A model generated the notes under the pieces. That model was not told the DNA's origin. It saw only the letters and a program-made list of their open reading frames with translations, and made no database searches. A stretch of DNA of 64,000 nucleotides, from positions 1-64,000 of the forward strand of contig JAZDKJ010000010.1 of the NCBI GenBank assembly GCA_043803105.1. The letters are read 5' to 3'. Positions 37,540-47,034 of the stretch are shown here, piece by piece. The position numbers and the translations under genes were made by a program. This DNA is from Candidatus Woesearchaeota archaeon. Lineage in GTDB: Archaea; Nanobdellota; Nanobdellia; Woesearchaeales; JAZDKJ01. Position 1 is the stretch's first letter. Every line of letters begins with the position of its first letter.

Positions 37540-38055
37540 ATGCCAAGCATAACTTTAGTCCAAAACAGAATAGCTAACACATCGGTTGGACCTTCTACAG
37601 TGAGAGGGCAGCCAAAGAATACTGTTGCCACAGCTCGTAAATATCTTGCAGGTATTAATTTACAGGAATTTACTAGCCTAAGAAGCGAACTTGACTTCCG
37701 GAAATTGTTAGATGACCACACTCTTAAACTCTCGGAAAAGCTCCCTTGGGGATTTGCCAGGAAGGTTATCAATATTTTCTTGTTTGAAGCAGTGCACAAT
37801 ATTCTAATTGACAGGCAATATGAACTGCAAAAAATTAGCACCTGGTTAGAAGTGCCACTTGACAACCCTAACGCTAAAAAATTGAAACGCTACGCAAGAA
37901 CTCACAGAATATATCTTGAGTGGACCAATATACAATCTCTTAAACCAGAGGTAAATGCCAAATTTCAGGTAATAGCAAAATCTTGTGCCCAAACAGAATA
38001 TCAAGATGAAAGATGTTATTTAGACCTTCATTGGTGGCGTCCTATCGAAAAGTAA
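37540..38055 (+). CDS. Hypothetical protein with HhH-glycosylase-like motif pattern
   Basis: WGFARKVINIFL...VPLD...W..I..L...LDLHWW; own TATA-like TTTTAATA upstream. Confidence 0.5.
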   Translation: MPSITLVQNRIANTSVGPSTVRGQPKNTVATARKYLAGINLQEFTSLRSELDFRKLLDDHTLKLSEKLPWGFARKVINIFLFEAVHNILIDRQYELQKISTWLEVPLDNPNAKKLKRYARTHRIYLEWTNIQSLKPEVNAKFQVIAKSCAQTEYQDERCYLDLHWWRPIEK

Positions 38056-38073
38056 ATAATTATTGGAACCAAT

Positions 38074-38931
38074 TCATCTTGAGTAAGCCAGGACCCATTC
38101 AACTTTCTTTTCTTCAGTTGGGCCAAGGTCAATCATTTTTTCGCCTGAGATAAAGTATGTATGATCAGATTTCTCTTGGTATTTTTTGGATTTGTCATAA
38201 TAGTCAGCGCTGCAAACCATCATCTTTGATACGAATAGTAGCTTGAAGTACTTCAGTTCTGGGTAAGAGAAAAGATTTGTTATTGACTTGAGGTTTAATG
38301 ATTCCACAGGACAGTCAGGGTCTGAAGAAATGCAGCTCAATACACAGGCTCTTGGCCTCAAGCGAATCAAGAATTGTCTCAATTTATGCAAATCATCAGT
38401 ACTGAAAGTTCTCTCGTTATATTCCTTTCCACATAAAGCGGCTATCCTCAAGAAATATGTACCCCACCAGTCAGCATGTACTTGGTATGCAATCTCGCCA
38501 GGCACATATAACCTCTGGCTTCTTAGGATCTGCTTGGTAATCGGAAAATTATCAAGGATTACATCCTCGCTGGATACCTTGAAGTGCTCTGCCAGGAAAT
38601 TTGTTGTCATAATCTTGCCTTGGCCTTTGTAATACCATGGTGCCACAAAGTTCTCTGCTGCAATCTGCTGTATGTACTCTCCTGCCTTTGAATCTTTGAA
38701 AGGTCCAACATCCATTGCTTCAGGCTCAGGCCTATCCCCCATGTTCGGGTTGAGTACAAGCATTCCTCTCTGGCACAGGTATTTGAGATATTGAGGGTCA
38801 AAGAAATCGCCATCATAAGTTACCCATCCCTTGAGTTTTAGACCGTGCTCTTTAGTATAGGTGTCTGCCAACTGCAGTACCTCCTGCACTTTTTCAATAT
38901 TTGTCTTAGGTATCACGGGTGTCTTGTTCAT
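38074..38931 (-). CDS. Hypothetical protein
   Basis: 285-aa ORF with ATGA coupling to the upstream ORF. Confidence 0.65.
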   Translation of the reverse strand: MNKTPVIPKTNIEKVQEVLQLADTYTKEHGLKLKGWVTYDGDFFDPQYLKYLCQRGMLVLNPNMGDRPEPEAMDVGPFKDSKAGEYIQQIAAENFVAPWYYKGQGKIMTTNFLAEHFKVSSEDVILDNFPITKQILRSQRLYVPGEIAYQVHADWWGTYFLRIAALCGKEYNERTFSTDDLHKLRQFLIRLRPRACVLSCISSDPDCPVESLNLKSITNLFSYPELKYFKLLFVSKMMVCSADYYDKSKKYQEKSDHTYFISGEKMIDLGPTEEKKVEWVLAYSR

Positions 38932-39125
38932 CTTTTATGTTCCAATCTCTTTTGTTTGATCTGTTCCAAAAGCATTAGCATTTCTTGCTCAGTTATCCCA
39001 GCTTCTTTCATCTTTCTTTCCAGGATATTTCCTTTATTTGTGATTCTCATGGCTGTTCCATCTGCTCCTAAATATTCTGCTGTATCTGAATTATCCCCCC
39101 ACATTATGACCACTTTTTCATTCAA
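38928..39125 (-). CDS. Hypothetical protein
   Basis: Short ORF in the operon, RBS GGAGGTGG nearby; start uncertain. Confidence 0.45.
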   Translation of the reverse strand: MNEKVVIMWGDNSDTAEYLGADGTAMRITNKGNILERKMKEAGITEQEMLMLLEQIKQKRLEHKR

Positions 39126-39160
39126 TATTTTTGTCCAGTCGATTGCGATAGTTCCACCTC

Positions 39161-39817
39161 CTATTTTATTCCGGTCTTTTGCCTGATATGTCCTCTTGTA
39201 ACAACCTTCGTCTTGCTTGTTACCTGGTCACGCACAAGCCTGTAATCAGGATTTTTGTATTTGTGTTCAAACAAGATGACCTGGTAAGGCAATTTTTCCA
39301 GAACCTGGTAGATTTGCATTCTCAACTTTGGTTCAAAACGGTCTAGGATACAATCTAGAACTAAAGGGTCTTTGACTTTAAGATAGTGTCTCAAAGCCAG
39401 GAATTTAGCAAAATCACCAATAAAACGTTCAGATCTTTGCAAATGCTGGTTACGAGAAGAATAGTTCATTAATTCATTCACAGTTTTGGGAAAATAAGCA
39501 CCAATATGCCTGTCGCATATACTAAACAATTGTTCGAACTGTTTTTCTGTCCAATCTTCCATTAGGTGGTTTTCTCCAAAGGTATCCAAAAAATATTCAT
39601 TGGCAAACATCAGGTCAAAATGGCCTTTGTTAACTTTGCCTAAAATAGACAGTTTGTAGCCTACTGGTTTTACACCCACCCCAATCTTAAGCATATTGAA
39701 TAAGATGGTCTTGCCTGTTCCGTTGTCTCCAACAATTACAGTAAGACTTTTATTGAAGACTATCTTCTCCTTGGAGAAGAGCTTATTCTCAACTATCTCA
39801 ATGCTTTTGAACCTCAT
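39161..39817 (-). CDS. Small ABC/SMC-like ATPase domain protein
   Basis: Walker A GDNGTGKT in SMC_N-like context; degenerate Walker B PLVLDC. Confidence 0.7.
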   Translation of the reverse strand: MRFKSIEIVENKLFSKEKIVFNKSLTVIVGDNGTGKTILFNMLKIGVGVKPVGYKLSILGKVNKGHFDLMFANEYFLDTFGENHLMEDWTEKQFEQLFSICDRHIGAYFPKTVNELMNYSSRNQHLQRSERFIGDFAKFLALRHYLKVKDPLVLDCILDRFEPKLRMQIYQVLEKLPYQVILFEHKYKNPDYRLVRDQVTSKTKVVTRGHIRQKTGIK

Positions 39818-40305
39818 TCTATTGCAACTCCCGCTAGATCCCATTTCAAAGGGGTGTGAAAGATTGTCCTTGCTTCTTGTGGCAACACTTTTTCAAATTT
39901 GTATCTGTCCCGTAATCTGTATTCAATGAAACAAATCTTTGCAATGGATTCAATTCCCCATGGTTCAGGATAATCAGAATCCAATAAAAGGTGAAATTCT
40001 CTAAATGTTTCATCAGGTTCAAGGTCATATTCCCTTACAGCCCATCGCAGGAATGAGCGAATAAGAGCCAATTTGCTGATGAGAGTCATGGAGTCTATGT
40101 TGCCGCCTTCTGGAATGCAATCAACATCAAACCATCCAAACTCGTTCTCTACTTCACTAATTATAACCTTCCAATCTTCCAGGTCTTTGGCAAGGTTTTG
40201 AAAATCGTCTTGCACTCTATCAAGCTCATGAGAGGCTACCCGTAATCCAACACGGATCTTAAGCCATTCATGCGTGTAAACCTGTTTCAAATTGGATAAA
40301 GTCAT
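39814..40305 (-). CDS. Hypothetical protein
   Basis: Translationally coupled ORF. Confidence 0.55.
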   Translation of the reverse strand: MTLSNLKQVYTHEWLKIRVGLRVASHELDRVQDDFQNLAKDLEDWKVIISEVENEFGWFDVDCIPEGGNIDSMTLISKLALIRSFLRWAVREYDLEPDETFREFHLLLDSDYPEPWGIESIAKICFIEYRLRDRYKFEKVLPQEARTIFHTPLKWDLAGVAIE

Positions 40306-40306
40306 T

Positions 40307-40516
40307 TTACTCTTCTTTGTGATAGGGTTTTACCTTTAGCGGAATCGGCTTGCCAAACCCTTTGATGGTTCCGTCCTTGTTACGATAGATTTTTCGTCGA
40401 GTTGCTACAAATCCATCAAACACTCCTCTTTCTCCTTCAAGCTTGGTTATTCTCTTTTCTTGGTTTTCAAGCCTCTTTCCAATGTTTTTCAGTCTAGATT
40501 CAACGTCCATTTTCAT
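40307..40516 (-). CDS. Small coiled-coil hypothetical protein
   Basis: ATGA overlap with the upstream ORF. Confidence 0.5.
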   Translation of the reverse strand: MKMDVESRLKNIGKRLENQEKRITKLEGERGVFDGFVATRRKIYRNKDGTIKGFGKPIPLKVKPYHKEE

Positions 40517-40881
40517 GGCTTCCCACCTGCCTTCAGCCATTCTTTTTTGGCCTGCTGTTCCTCTTCCTTCCACTTCTGTTGAAGCTTTTGGTGTTCTTCC
40601 TTTTCCTTCTTTTCCTTGTCTTTCCAAGATTGCATAAATTTCTCATAGCCATTCGGATCCAGTTCTTGGTAAATCTTTTTCAGCATGGGCTGCCTTCCCT
40701 CCCCAAGGGCAATGCACATATAGCTGCCTGCGAGGCCAAGTGGTTTGCCAAGAGCGAATCGCTCACACTTAATCAGAGAGTCTATTTCAGAACGCCTTTT
40801 CCAGCCGGTTTTCTTCAGTTTGTCACGGATAAACTTGGATTTTATGTTTGTGTACATTTTAGGCTCCCTCATCTGTGTCAC
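40513..40881 (-). CDS. Hypothetical protein
   Basis: Contiguous ORF in the leftward run. Confidence 0.55.
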   Translation of the reverse strand: MTQMREPKMYTNIKSKFIRDKLKKTGWKRRSEIDSLIKCERFALGKPLGLAGSYMCIALGEGRQPMLKKIYQELDPNGYEKFMQSWKDKEKKEKEEHQKLQQKWKEEEQQAKKEWLKAGGKP

Positions 40882-41100
40882 CTACAAACCAACCAGCTTT
40901 CGCTTTTCTTTCTCACTAAGCCTCTTTTCTTTCCAAGTGATTCTTCCTTTGGCATCCTTGATTGGGGTGCTGATACAGAAGTCATCTCCGTACTTCTTAA
41001 CATTCCTGTCAATGTAATCAACCTTGTCTTCAAGCTTTTCCAACCTAATACTAATTATGGCCAATTCTTTCTTCAAGTCCAGCAACATATCTTTTTTCAT
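40882..41100 (-). CDS. Small coiled-coil hypothetical protein
   Basis: Contiguous ORF, ATGA overlap. Confidence 0.5.
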   Translation of the reverse strand: MKKDMLLDLKKELAIISIRLEKLEDKVDYIDRNVKKYGDDFCISTPIKDAKGRITWKEKRLSEKEKRKLVGL

Positions 41101-41309
41101 TTTTTCTTGGCTTTTGCAATTGCAATACTACTTTCATTTATTTTACATTCACATTGTTGTATTTCACCATTAATCCTTTCCAAGTCATATTGGATTTTAC
41201 AGCGCTCTTTTTCCAGTTCCATGCGCCTGCATTGCAGCTCCTTGAGCCTATTCATATTCACGTCTTTTAGCATCGCCATTTCTTTCAATTGTTTTTCAGA
41301 TTTTTTCAT
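41097..41309 (-). CDS. Small coiled-coil hypothetical protein
   Basis: ATG 5 nt after the AAA gene stop. Confidence 0.5.
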   Translation of the reverse strand: MKKSEKQLKEMAMLKDVNMNRLKELQCRRMELEKERCKIQYDLERINGEIQQCECKINESSIAIAKAKKK

Positions 41310-41313
41310 TTTT

Positions 41314-42786
41314 CTACCCCACAATCGAATTCTCATTCTCATCTGGTCTCTGAACTTTTGCAATCTCGCAAATAGCATCGTAACTTACTTCTTTGTTTTC
41401 CATCATTCTGAAGAATAGTTCGTTCCAGAGACGCTCAAGGCCTCTGTAAGACAAGTCTTTGGAAAGCTTTGCGACTGCAGAATAATCAACATTTACATTG
41501 AAATTTTGTTGTGCGTCTTCACTTTTGTGCCTGCAAAATTCCAGCCTGTCGTTTAAGGTTGGAAGGTCAAACTTCAAGTGGACAAAACGGTCATGAAAAG
41601 CACTACCAAATCTTGAAAGGTCATTTACAGCCAGTACAAGCAAGGACCTTATTTCTCTGGAAGTAGAACCATCAATATTGCGGTTGAATTCCCCGATCAG
41701 GGCAGAGTCTTCACCGTAAGAGGCGTTTCCAAACAGCTTTTCAGCTTCATCAATAAGTACAACACAGTTCCTGTAGCGTTTTGCTAGATCAAAGACCCGG
41801 TGTAGATTGTAATAGGGATCGCCTGAAGCGAAAAGGTTTGAGGCTTTTATGACAATAAGGGCATAGCCTAATTCACCTGCCAGGCATCTGGCAGTATAGC
41901 TTTTACCAGTACCAGCCGGGCCATGGAATAACAAAAGGTTAGACCTTCTAAGGCCTAGGTTCTCAGCTTTCTTTGGGTAATGATACAAATTGACTAGCCT
42001 TGATAACGCTGTAACTGTACTGTTATTGCCAATAATGTTGTTGAGCTTGTTTGCAATCCCATTTTGCACTTCATAGCCAAACATCTGAGTTGGATTATAG
42101 CACTTCATAGCTTGTTTTAAGGCGGAATTTGATATCTTCGCATTTCCAATACGATAGGAAAGCTTGAGAAGTTCAGGCAAATCTCGGAAATTGTAGCCGA
42201 TGGAGTTATTTGCCAGCAAGTCAATCTGCTGTGCTGAAATATATTCTTTGTAGTGTTCTTTTAAGAATGTCTTCTTATTGTGTTCAATCGGTAAGTCAAA
42301 ATGGATCTTTACTTCGATTCTGTCAATCATGGTCTCATCTATATTGTAAAAGCCATTGCACGTGACTATCAAGACTTTGGAAGGATTTCTCTTTGCCAGT
42401 TCCAGGACAGCCATGAAGTCTCGTTTATCCTCAGGTGAATGAAAAAAATTATCCTCATTCATTAGATAGTTAAGGTCATCTATGAACAAAATTTGATGCT
42501 TCGAATTCATTGCCTCTTTTGTTAGCTGGCTTAGATTCTTGCATTTTGTAGCATTGGGCAGGTCGAAGGTTGCTTGAGCACAGTACAGGACTTCCACGCC
42601 TAGATGATGCAACAGCTTTTCTGCCAAGAAAGTCTTGCCAATCCCAGGCGGGCCTTCAAAGATAAAACTCCTGCTTGCAAGCTTAGGTGGGCATTCTCCT
42701 TTGAAAAAGTTGCACAGGAATCTAATGCTAGTCCTATCTACTTCATTTATCGACGTGTTGTTTAGTATGTTTTCAAAGTTTGTCAT
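41314..42786 (-). CDS. Tandem (double) AAA+ ATPase
   Basis: GPPGIGKT/LFIDDL and GPAGTGKS/VLIDEAE. Confidence 0.85.
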   Translation of the reverse strand: MTNFENILNNTSINEVDRTSIRFLCNFFKGECPPKLASRSFIFEGPPGIGKTFLAEKLLHHLGVEVLYCAQATFDLPNATKCKNLSQLTKEAMNSKHQILFIDDLNYLMNEDNFFHSPEDKRDFMAVLELAKRNPSKVLIVTCNGFYNIDETMIDRIEVKIHFDLPIEHNKKTFLKEHYKEYISAQQIDLLANNSIGYNFRDLPELLKLSYRIGNAKISNSALKQAMKCYNPTQMFGYEVQNGIANKLNNIIGNNSTVTALSRLVNLYHYPKKAENLGLRRSNLLLFHGPAGTGKSYTARCLAGELGYALIVIKASNLFASGDPYYNLHRVFDLAKRYRNCVVLIDEAEKLFGNASYGEDSALIGEFNRNIDGSTSREIRSLLVLAVNDLSRFGSAFHDRFVHLKFDLPTLNDRLEFCRHKSEDAQQNFNVNVDYSAVAKLSKDLSYRGLERLWNELFFRMMENKEVSYDAICEIAKVQRPDENENSIVG

Positions 42787-42802
42787 TTTTGTCAGAGCCA
42801 GC

Positions 42803-43123
42803 TTATGCAACAGTTTTTGCGATAAAACCTTGTTTGATTTCACAAATTTCACCTTTTTTCTCCAAACCTTCAATAACATGATTGACCTTTTTTTGGCTAA
42901 AGTTCAGACTTTTTGAATCGTTGACAATATCTGTTATAGGTACCGTCAATCCAACCTTTGTTATCAGATTGTTTATCACAGCAAGGATGATTCTCTCATC
43001 CCTGGTAAGATTATCCTTCAAAATTGCATGAGCTGTTAGATCAGGTATCCTTTTCTTGATGAGCTCGCAAACTATCTCTAAATCCTCTTGATTATCTTTT
43101 TCCAAATCAATCGTAAGCTTCAT
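42803..43123 (-). CDS. Winged-helix protein (MCM C-terminal wHTH-like)
   Basis: VNHVIEGLEKKGEICEIKQGFI. Confidence 0.6.
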   Translation of the reverse strand: MKLTIDLEKDNQEDLEIVCELIKKRIPDLTAHAILKDNLTRDERIILAVINNLITKVGLTVPITDIVNDSKSLNFSQKKVNHVIEGLEKKGEICEIKQGFIAKTVA

Positions 43124-43420
43124 TTTTTCATCTCATTATTTGCAGCCTGCAATCCTTGTCTTTGTGATTATCTCTTTTGCCTTTCAATGGCTTCTGCTAT
43201 TTTGAGCAATGCTTCTTTTACTCCTCGGATTTCACGAACGAAGTCTTGTGTCAATAATCTGTCTGGGTATTCCATATTTTTTCACCTTTTGGATTGATTA
43301 ACTTCAAGGGGATGCCTCAAAGATTCCACAATTTTTCGTTTTTCTTGCATTTTCTGCACCATGTTAGGTACTAACTTTGCACTATTTATATACTTTTCTA
43401 TCATTTAGTATATATTTCTA

Positions 43421-43455
43421 TAATTACGATAATCTTATATAGTTATCAGTAATTA
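43421..43455. promoter_or_regulatory. Imperfect palindrome between divergent promoters (candidate operator)
   Basis: TAATTAC-GATAA...TTATC-a-GTAATTA. Confidence 0.55.
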
Positions 43456-43518
43456 TTTACAAATATGGAAACATTTTTAAGGAGCGATTTCCAACCTACT
43501 CCTGTTGAGGGGTTTCAC

Positions 43519-44121
43519 ATGGGTAAAAAAGTCTTAATAGCTACTCTTTACAGCCCTGAGCCAGTGCTATTGGCAGCTACAAGGCTTGGGCCTGAAAAAC
43601 TCATTCTTCTTATTGATAAACAGCCAGATAAAGAGCAGCAAAAGGCCTTGAAACTGATAGAAGAGTCGCTTGGTAAGGTTATTGATGTAAAAGCGGTTAA
43701 AACAGAGGTTTACGACGTTGTAGCTGTAGCCACAAAATGCGTTGAGATCATAGACATGCAAGACAAGAATGACCACATATTCGTGAATATTACATCTGGC
43801 AGAAAACCTAAAGCTTTGGGTCTGCTGTTTGCTGCATACGCAAGGCATGATCAAGTCTCGAAGATAGGGTATAACCCTGAAGAAGACAAGAATGCTGTGA
43901 TATACTTACCAAGACTGAGTTTCAAACTGACAGAAAGCGAGAAAACTGTACTGCAGTGTATATCCGAAGGAGACTATGCATCAATCAGTGACCTGGCAAA
44001 GAAGATAGACATTTCTACAGCAATGCTCTACAGAGCAATAGGAGAACTTGAAGACAAGGATTTTATAACAACAGAGAAAGGATTGCAGTTAACAGATGCT
44101 GGAAAGATTGCGAGACTATGA
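43519..44121 (+). CDS. CARF-wHTH transcriptional regulator (Csa3-like)
   Basis: KVLIATL, VNITSGRK CARF motif; C-terminal SISDLAKKIDISTAMLYRAIGELEDKDFI...LTDAG. Confidence 0.85.
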   Translation: MGKKVLIATLYSPEPVLLAATRLGPEKLILLIDKQPDKEQQKALKLIEESLGKVIDVKAVKTEVYDVVAVATKCVEIIDMQDKNDHIFVNITSGRKPKALGLLFAAYARHDQVSKIGYNPEEDKNAVIYLPRLSFKLTESEKTVLQCISEGDYASISDLAKKIDISTAMLYRAIGELEDKDFITTEKGLQLTDAGKIARL

Positions 44122-44759
44122 ACCAAACAGAATTAACAGGAGACAGTTTTAGGAATGTTAGATGGGATACTCTTACCAGCACTTATGGTAGTTTCCACGC
44201 CACTCTGATAGGGCTTATTGTTGAGTGGTGGGTTCATCTGGATAAAGAAAATTCCGCTTTTGATGAAGGCCCTGCCGCCACTATGAATCCAAACGGAAAA
44301 AACTCAAAAAGAGTTGACCTTCTACTTTGTAGAAATAAGGTGCCATATGCTGTTGTAGAAATCGAAGGTAGTGATTGGGAGAACAAACTAAGTACTTTTG
44401 AACAGTTCTTCGGACAGCAGAAGGATAAATACTCTTTTGAGTCAATCCAAGTCGGAATTTTTATTCTTTATCCTGCCTCCATGCAACAAGGACGTCCAAG
44501 GAAGGGACTTAAGGTTTTTGATCAGATTTTCATGTCTCTGTTTCAAGAAAAGGTTGCAGGCCTTTTAAAGAACAAGAGGCTCTTTGTGATTACAGTAGAC
44601 GAAAGTCTTTACAATTATTCAAAAATCAGGTCTCCATGGGACAAGCTCAGGCAGAAAAATGACTATTATAGTTACGATATGTCAAGGGTGAGACTTTTTG
44701 CCTTCAATGGTGATACTAGGCCGGAAATGGAGATAGTATTATGGCCACCTATTGCGTAA
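44118..44759 (+). CDS. PD-(D/E)xK restriction-endonuclease-like protein
   Basis: RVDLLL...AVVEIE; ATGA-coupled to the CARF gene. Confidence 0.55.
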   Translation: MNQTELTGDSFRNVRWDTLTSTYGSFHATLIGLIVEWWVHLDKENSAFDEGPAATMNPNGKNSKRVDLLLCRNKVPYAVVEIEGSDWENKLSTFEQFFGQQKDKYSFESIQVGIFILYPASMQQGRPRKGLKVFDQIFMSLFQEKVAGLLKNKRLFVITVDESLYNYSKIRSPWDKLRQKNDYYSYDMSRVRLFAFNGDTRPEMEIVLWPPIA

Positions 44760-44828
44760 GCGGAAGACGACGAGGCTGTAAAAATTCAAGTAGACAACAT
44801 CTTTAAATTAGTAAATCGATTCGCAGCA

Positions 44829-45791
44829 ATGGAAGACCAGATTTCTGCGAGTTTTGGATTTTTATTAAGGTCATACCCTAGGTTGCTTGAAGGTTTCCTC
44901 GGAAGAATGGAAATAAGAGTGCCCAGAAAAGAACTAAAGAAAGTTTCTATTGAGACCCAAGTGACTTATGACTCTGGAAAAAGTAAAATTGACCTTCAAA
45001 TTTCCCTGTATAATGAATTCTTGATATTTGTTGAATCAAAATTGTATAAAAATGAGGAAAACGTAGTGTCTCAGCTAAAAAAATATGAAGAAATACTGAC
45101 GTCAAAATCTGGCGAATTTGCAAACAATACAAAATTGGTATATGTAAACAAAATTCCAGTTCCGATTTCTAAGGTTAAAGATATTAGGAGAAAATTAAAG
45201 TTAAAAAAGAATAATTTTTTCTATTTTTCATGGGAGGATTTAATTAAACTTACTGATATAGTAAATAAGAAAGAGAATATTAAATTATTCTCTCAGTATG
45301 TAGGTGATAGCATGTATAACAAAAGAAAAATTTCGGAGCAACAAATAAAAAAAACAGTTGAGGTTCTTGCAATTTACACAGAGCCTTCATTTTGGGAATT
45401 GGCAAAAAAAAATCAAATTGCAGTACAAAGGAATTCAACGCCTGACGCTCAGTATATCGCCTTTCTGAGAACTCATCGTGAAAACAATATGCCAAGCGCA
45501 ATAACCCATATAGCCAAGGTGGAATTTGTTGAAACAAATGTTCCTAGGAGTGTAACATACAAAGGATTTCCAAAGCTTATAGAAAGGTCAAAAAATAAAA
45601 GACAAGATTTAGGCGATACTCACAAGCATTATATTTTAGGAAAGTTAATCCCTCTTGCCAAAGAGATTGTCCACATTCGAGGTGAGGGTACAAAAGGGCA
45701 AGTTAACTTTGCAACCACCATGTCAGAATTACTTCGGGTCAAGAGCATTGGAGAAATTAGAACTTTAAGGCATATCAGAGAAGAAGATTAG
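44829..45791 (+). CDS. PD-(D/E)xK nuclease with a C-terminal unknown domain
   Basis: IETQ...KIDLQI...IFVESKL...QLKKY...FSWEDL. Confidence 0.7.
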   Translation: MEDQISASFGFLLRSYPRLLEGFLGRMEIRVPRKELKKVSIETQVTYDSGKSKIDLQISLYNEFLIFVESKLYKNEENVVSQLKKYEEILTSKSGEFANNTKLVYVNKIPVPISKVKDIRRKLKLKKNNFFYFSWEDLIKLTDIVNKKENIKLFSQYVGDSMYNKRKISEQQIKKTVEVLAIYTEPSFWELAKKNQIAVQRNSTPDAQYIAFLRTHRENNMPSAITHIAKVEFVETNVPRSVTYKGFPKLIERSKNKRQDLGDTHKHYILGKLIPLAKEIVHIRGEGTKGQVNFATTMSELLRVKSIGEIRTLRHIREED

Positions 45792-45871
45792 ATGAAATCC
45801 GCATTGGACAAAACTAGAGGCTCATGCATACTATCGGCAAGCAACAAGAAAAACTTGAGAAAAGGGATACC

Positions 45872-46627
45872 ATGCTAACATCAACATTCATTCACATTGA
45901 CGGAATAGGAAAAAAGACAGAGCAGAGTATTTGGGGTTCTGATGTCTACACTTGGAAGGAGTTTTTAGAAAAAAATGACAGGGTTAAACTTGGTACTCGC
46001 AAGAAAGAGATGGTTATCAGCTCTATTCAGGAATCCCTTAATAGGATTCAACAAGAAGATTATGGTTATTTTTATGGCCTTCCTCACTCTGAGCACTGGC
46101 GGGTTTACAAAGAACTGAAAGACAAGTGCTGTTTTCTGGACATAGAAACTACCGGACTTGACAAGCAAGGCGATGATATAACCCTAATAGGGATCTATGA
46201 TGGAAAAGAACCAAAGATCTTCATAAAAGGCCAGAATCTTGAAGATTTCAAGGATGAAGTAAAGAAATATCCTCTAGTTATCACATTCAACGGCAGATGC
46301 TTTGATATTCCATTCATAAAGGAACACTTTCCTGAAATTAAATTGGAGCAGTTTCATATTGACCTTAGGTTTGTGCTGGCAAGCCTGGGATTCAGAGGCG
46401 GACTGAAGAGTGTAGAATCACAATTGGGATTACAAAGAGAAGACTCGATCAAAGGCATGGATGGCTTCGAATCAGTGGTTTTATGGCATAAATACCAAAG
46501 AGGAAACAAAGACGCGTTAGTCAAGCTAACCGAATACTTAAGGGCAGATATATGCAACCTTAAACCGTTAATGGAATATGCCTATGAGGAAATGAAAAAC
46601 AGGCACTTTTATGGGGTGGCAACCTGA
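45872..46627 (+). CDS. YprB-like RNase H-fold exonuclease
   Basis: FLDIETTGL, TFNGRCFDIP, HIDL, GGLKSVE, YLRAD. Confidence 0.88.
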   Translation: MLTSTFIHIDGIGKKTEQSIWGSDVYTWKEFLEKNDRVKLGTRKKEMVISSIQESLNRIQQEDYGYFYGLPHSEHWRVYKELKDKCCFLDIETTGLDKQGDDITLIGIYDGKEPKIFIKGQNLEDFKDEVKKYPLVITFNGRCFDIPFIKEHFPEIKLEQFHIDLRFVLASLGFRGGLKSVESQLGLQREDSIKGMDGFESVVLWHKYQRGNKDALVKLTEYLRADICNLKPLMEYAYEEMKNRHFYGVAT

Positions 46628-46689
46628 ATAAGGAAATTAACACTTATTACTCCAATGTTTGGACCAGCAAGTCACATAAGGCAAATACA

Positions 46690-47001
46690 ATGCAACACTA
46701 TTTTAAAAACAACAAGACTCGTCAGAAAAATTGGAAAGTTAATCAGAGAACTATTGCAACCCGTATGAGCAGTATGAAGAGGGCAGCTCCCTTCTTATTG
46801 AAGTGGGACAAACTGGTTATAGGAAAATGTGTTGTTTGTGGGGAAGGATTTGAATGGTCTTTGGGCCCACATCACGTTTTTGGAGGGAACAAAGGACCTA
46901 CCGTAACCTTATGCGGAAGTTGTCACAAGGTGTTCGACAAACAAGGCGGTATCAAAGAATTGAAAGCCAGAAGAAAGAAGTATTTGAAATTTAATAAATA
47001 A
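46690..47001 (+). CDS. Small HNH-like endonuclease
   Basis: CVVCG...HHV...LCGSCH. Confidence 0.65.
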   Translation: MQHYFKNNKTRQKNWKVNQRTIATRMSSMKRAAPFLLKWDKLVIGKCVVCGEGFEWSLGPHHVFGGNKGPTVTLCGSCHKVFDKQGGIKELKARRKKYLKFNK

Positions 47002-47034
47002 AGTTAATGTGAACAGTGTGAATAATATGAGGTC

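Noticed and set aside
40579-41418. 279-aa hydrophobic plus-strand ORF
   Set aside because: Phe/Leu-rich mirror of Lys/Glu-rich minus-strand genes.
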